From the human T2T-CHM13v2.0 reference genome, Homo sapiens, in the NCBI RefSeq assembly GCF_009914755.1, contig NC_060928.1: 64,000 bases of DNA; one strand, given 5' to 3'. A model generated the notes under the pieces. It ran no database searches and was not told the DNA's origin. It saw only the letters and a list, made by a program, of their open reading frames with translations. Every line of letters starts with the position of its first letter. Position 1 is the stretch's first letter. Shown here piece after piece: positions 61,570-64,000 of this stretch. The translations under genes and the position numbers were made by a program.

Positions 61570-61805
61570 TTCTATTTTTTAAAAAGTTTTGCAGGTACAT
61601 ACTAGGTGTGTATGTTTATGGGGTACATGAGATGTTTTGATATAGATATGTTACGTGAAATAAGCACATCATAAAGAATGAGGTATCCATCCCCTTAAGC
61701 ACTTATCCTTGAAATTACAAACAATCCAAATACACTGTTTATGTTATTTTAAAATGTACAATTAAGTTACTGACTACAGTCACCCTACTCTGCTATCAAA
61801 TATTA
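61570..61805 (-). mobile_element. L1MA-like 3' end
   Basis: tttatggggtacatgagatgttttgata...gtcaccctactctgctatcaaa. Confidence 0.8.
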
Positions 61806-62113
61806 GAGATTCTTTGGTGAAATGCTTGTTACAATTGTTTGCTCATTATTTATTAGACATTTATTTCTCTCATTGATTGGCATAAACATTTTAAAATATA
61901 AATTGCAAATGTATCTCCTAATTGGTCACTTCGTTATCAGTTTTGATCAGCTTTTTGTAAAATATTTCAAATATCTAGAAATATATGGAGAGTAGAATGA
62001 TGAACACCCACATATCATGTTGTGGCTAATTGGAATGAAATTTTTTTGATAAAATATTGTAGATTCATTTGAACCTTAAAGTGTGGTATCCTTCTTATTT
62101 TTGTTCTCTATTC

Positions 62114-62304
62114 TGTGTATGTGTATATATATACATACACACACAAACACACACCCCGACACATACATATACACCATATATATGTATATGTGTATATATG
62201 TGTATATATATGTATATATGGTATATATACATATATATGGTGTATATGTGTATATATGGTATATATACCATATATATATATATGGTGTATATGTACATAA
62301 TATA
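62114..62304. repeat. Complex (TA)/(CA)/(TG) microsatellite
   Basis: Directly visible. Confidence 0.92.
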
Positions 62305-62319
62305 TCTTTTGGGTTTTAC

Positions 62320-63765
62320 ACTTAAATATTTTAAAATTTATGTTATCATGGCTCATTATATCATTCTGCACCTTGCTCTTGTTTCGTTTTTGCTCAGTGT
62401 TTTACTTCTGGGATTTGTCAGTGTAGAAGCATGTAGACATTCAACTATTTTGACTGTTGTATTACATTGTGTGATTATATTCCTATTTATTTCCAATTAA
62501 TAAAAATTGTTGCCAGTTTTGCACTACTAAAAACAACACTGCCATAAATATTCTTAGACTGCATGAGTTTATCACTAGGGTATATTCTGAGTGGTAGCAA
62601 TTCTGGGCCAAAGAGCATGGGCATCTTTGACTTTACTAGTATGTCCAAAGAGTGGTACAAAGTGTTTAGATCAATTTATATGTCTACTGAAAATATATGG
62701 AGTTTTAAAAGCCAATTTTTAATATTCTTAAGTTTTGCATATCTCATGAGTTTAAAATAGTGTACAATTCCTTTAATTTGCAATTCCTTATTTAGAGTGG
62801 CTTTTGATCTTTTCTTATTTACTTCTGGAAGTTTTTTTTTCTGGTAATTTCTTTATACAAACCTTCTGATGGTTAAATTTGCTGAAAACATGTTCTTTCT
62901 ATGTATAACTTGACTTTTCAGAAGAAGCTTTGGATTTAAAGAAGGTTACATTTTAACATAGTTATCGCAATAATCTTTTTTATCATTTATAACTTTGTTC
63001 ATCTTTAGATCTTTCCTTTTATCACAGTCATAAAGATATTCTCCTATATAGTTTAAAGTTTTGAAAGTTTTGTTTTTTGTATTAAAGTTACGTATCTACC
63101 TGTAATATATTTTCATGTATGTAATGATGTAAAGATCTACTTTTTTCCCTTATGGATAATAAATTGTCTTGCAACATTTATTGAGTAGCTCATCTTTTCC
63201 TACTTCTCTTAAAATAGAGGAGTATTTCTGTGCTCTCTATTTGCTCGTACTATTTTGCTTTTTATCCCTACATGAATTCCATGCCAAAGACAAACTGATT
63301 CAGTTTCTATATAGCACAATAATGTCTTGATATCTCAAAGGCAAATGCCCCCATATTCCTTCTCTTTTTTTCTTCTTCTTCTTCCAGGTTTTCTTGGCTT
63401 TTATTTACCCCCTCATTCTTCTATTTGAATTTTGGAATTAGTTTATTCATTTCCATTTAGAATGTAGGAATTTTGATTCAAATTGGTTATATTTCTTACA
63501 TTGGATAGAATTGACATCCTTACAATGTTGAGTCTTCCCAATTACCCATATGGTACATTTTCCATTTATCTAGGTCATATTTTGTGTATTTAAATAATGT
63601 TATGTACCTTCACTCTAAACTTCTTGTGCATATTTTTCCCCCAGTTATTCCTAGGTACATTAGAATTTTTTGTTATTATTGTAATGGAATAAATTTTTCT
63701 ATTACGTTTTTTTGTTTGGTAACTCCTGTGTAGGGAAATACTAAGAATATGCATAAGTTTCTTGA
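62320..63765 (-). mobile_element. Old L1M fragments
   Basis: gaattgacatccttacaatgttgagtcttccca...ttccatttatctaggtc. Confidence 0.65.
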
Positions 63766-64000
63766 CCTTGAGACACTTCCATCCTAGTTAGAAGCTAATT
63801 TTTAAGCTGTCTCCTCTTTCCCTCATAAAAGTAAGCAGCAGACTATAATAGGAGTAGGGATTACAATTCGCTTTACTTACACTTGTGTGTGTCCCTCTCC
63901 CATTAGATGTGAATTTCTCTAGGACAAGAACCCTTTTTGAATCAGTTATAAGTCCCAGAATGCCCACAACAAAATTTAATATATACTATTTAACAAAAGA

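Noticed and set aside
62069-62500. Cluster of Y/I/H-rich ORFs
   Set aside because: Translations of the TA/CA microsatellite
59000-64000. Search for GABRB1 coding exon 1
   Set aside because: No beta-subunit signal peptide exon or CpG island in the window; only old repeats

Overview
Primate (almost certainly human) genomic DNA. The left 27 kb holds the 5' part of GABRA4 (GABA-A receptor alpha-4 subunit) on the minus strand. Coding exons 1-7 (874 nt of CDS, from the signal peptide through the Cys-loop and TM1 to the start of TM2) all have GT-AG boundaries and consistent phases; the remaining exons lie left of position 1. A CpG-island promoter sits at about 26.1-27.6 kb. The right 36 kb is repeat-rich non-coding DNA (Alu, L1, L2, MIR, MaLR/ERV LTRs, Tigger, microsatellites) running toward GABRB1, which from known gene order should begin near or just beyond the right edge; no GABRB1 coding exon is visible. 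I found no new multi-gene system. The most notable observations are: (1) three ATGs in three different frames within 19 nt at the GABRA4 start, coupled to an internal splice donor that would swap the signal peptide; (2) a Met26 allele; (3) several short, non-tandem, locally templated duplications of different ages (111 bp copied into a TA run, about 250 bp of half-Alu plus flank, and 54 bp); (4) a plus-strand exon-like segment in the CpG island; and (5) a 270-nt intron made mostly of a pyrimidine repeat. Repeat subfamily calls and ends were made by eye and are approximate.
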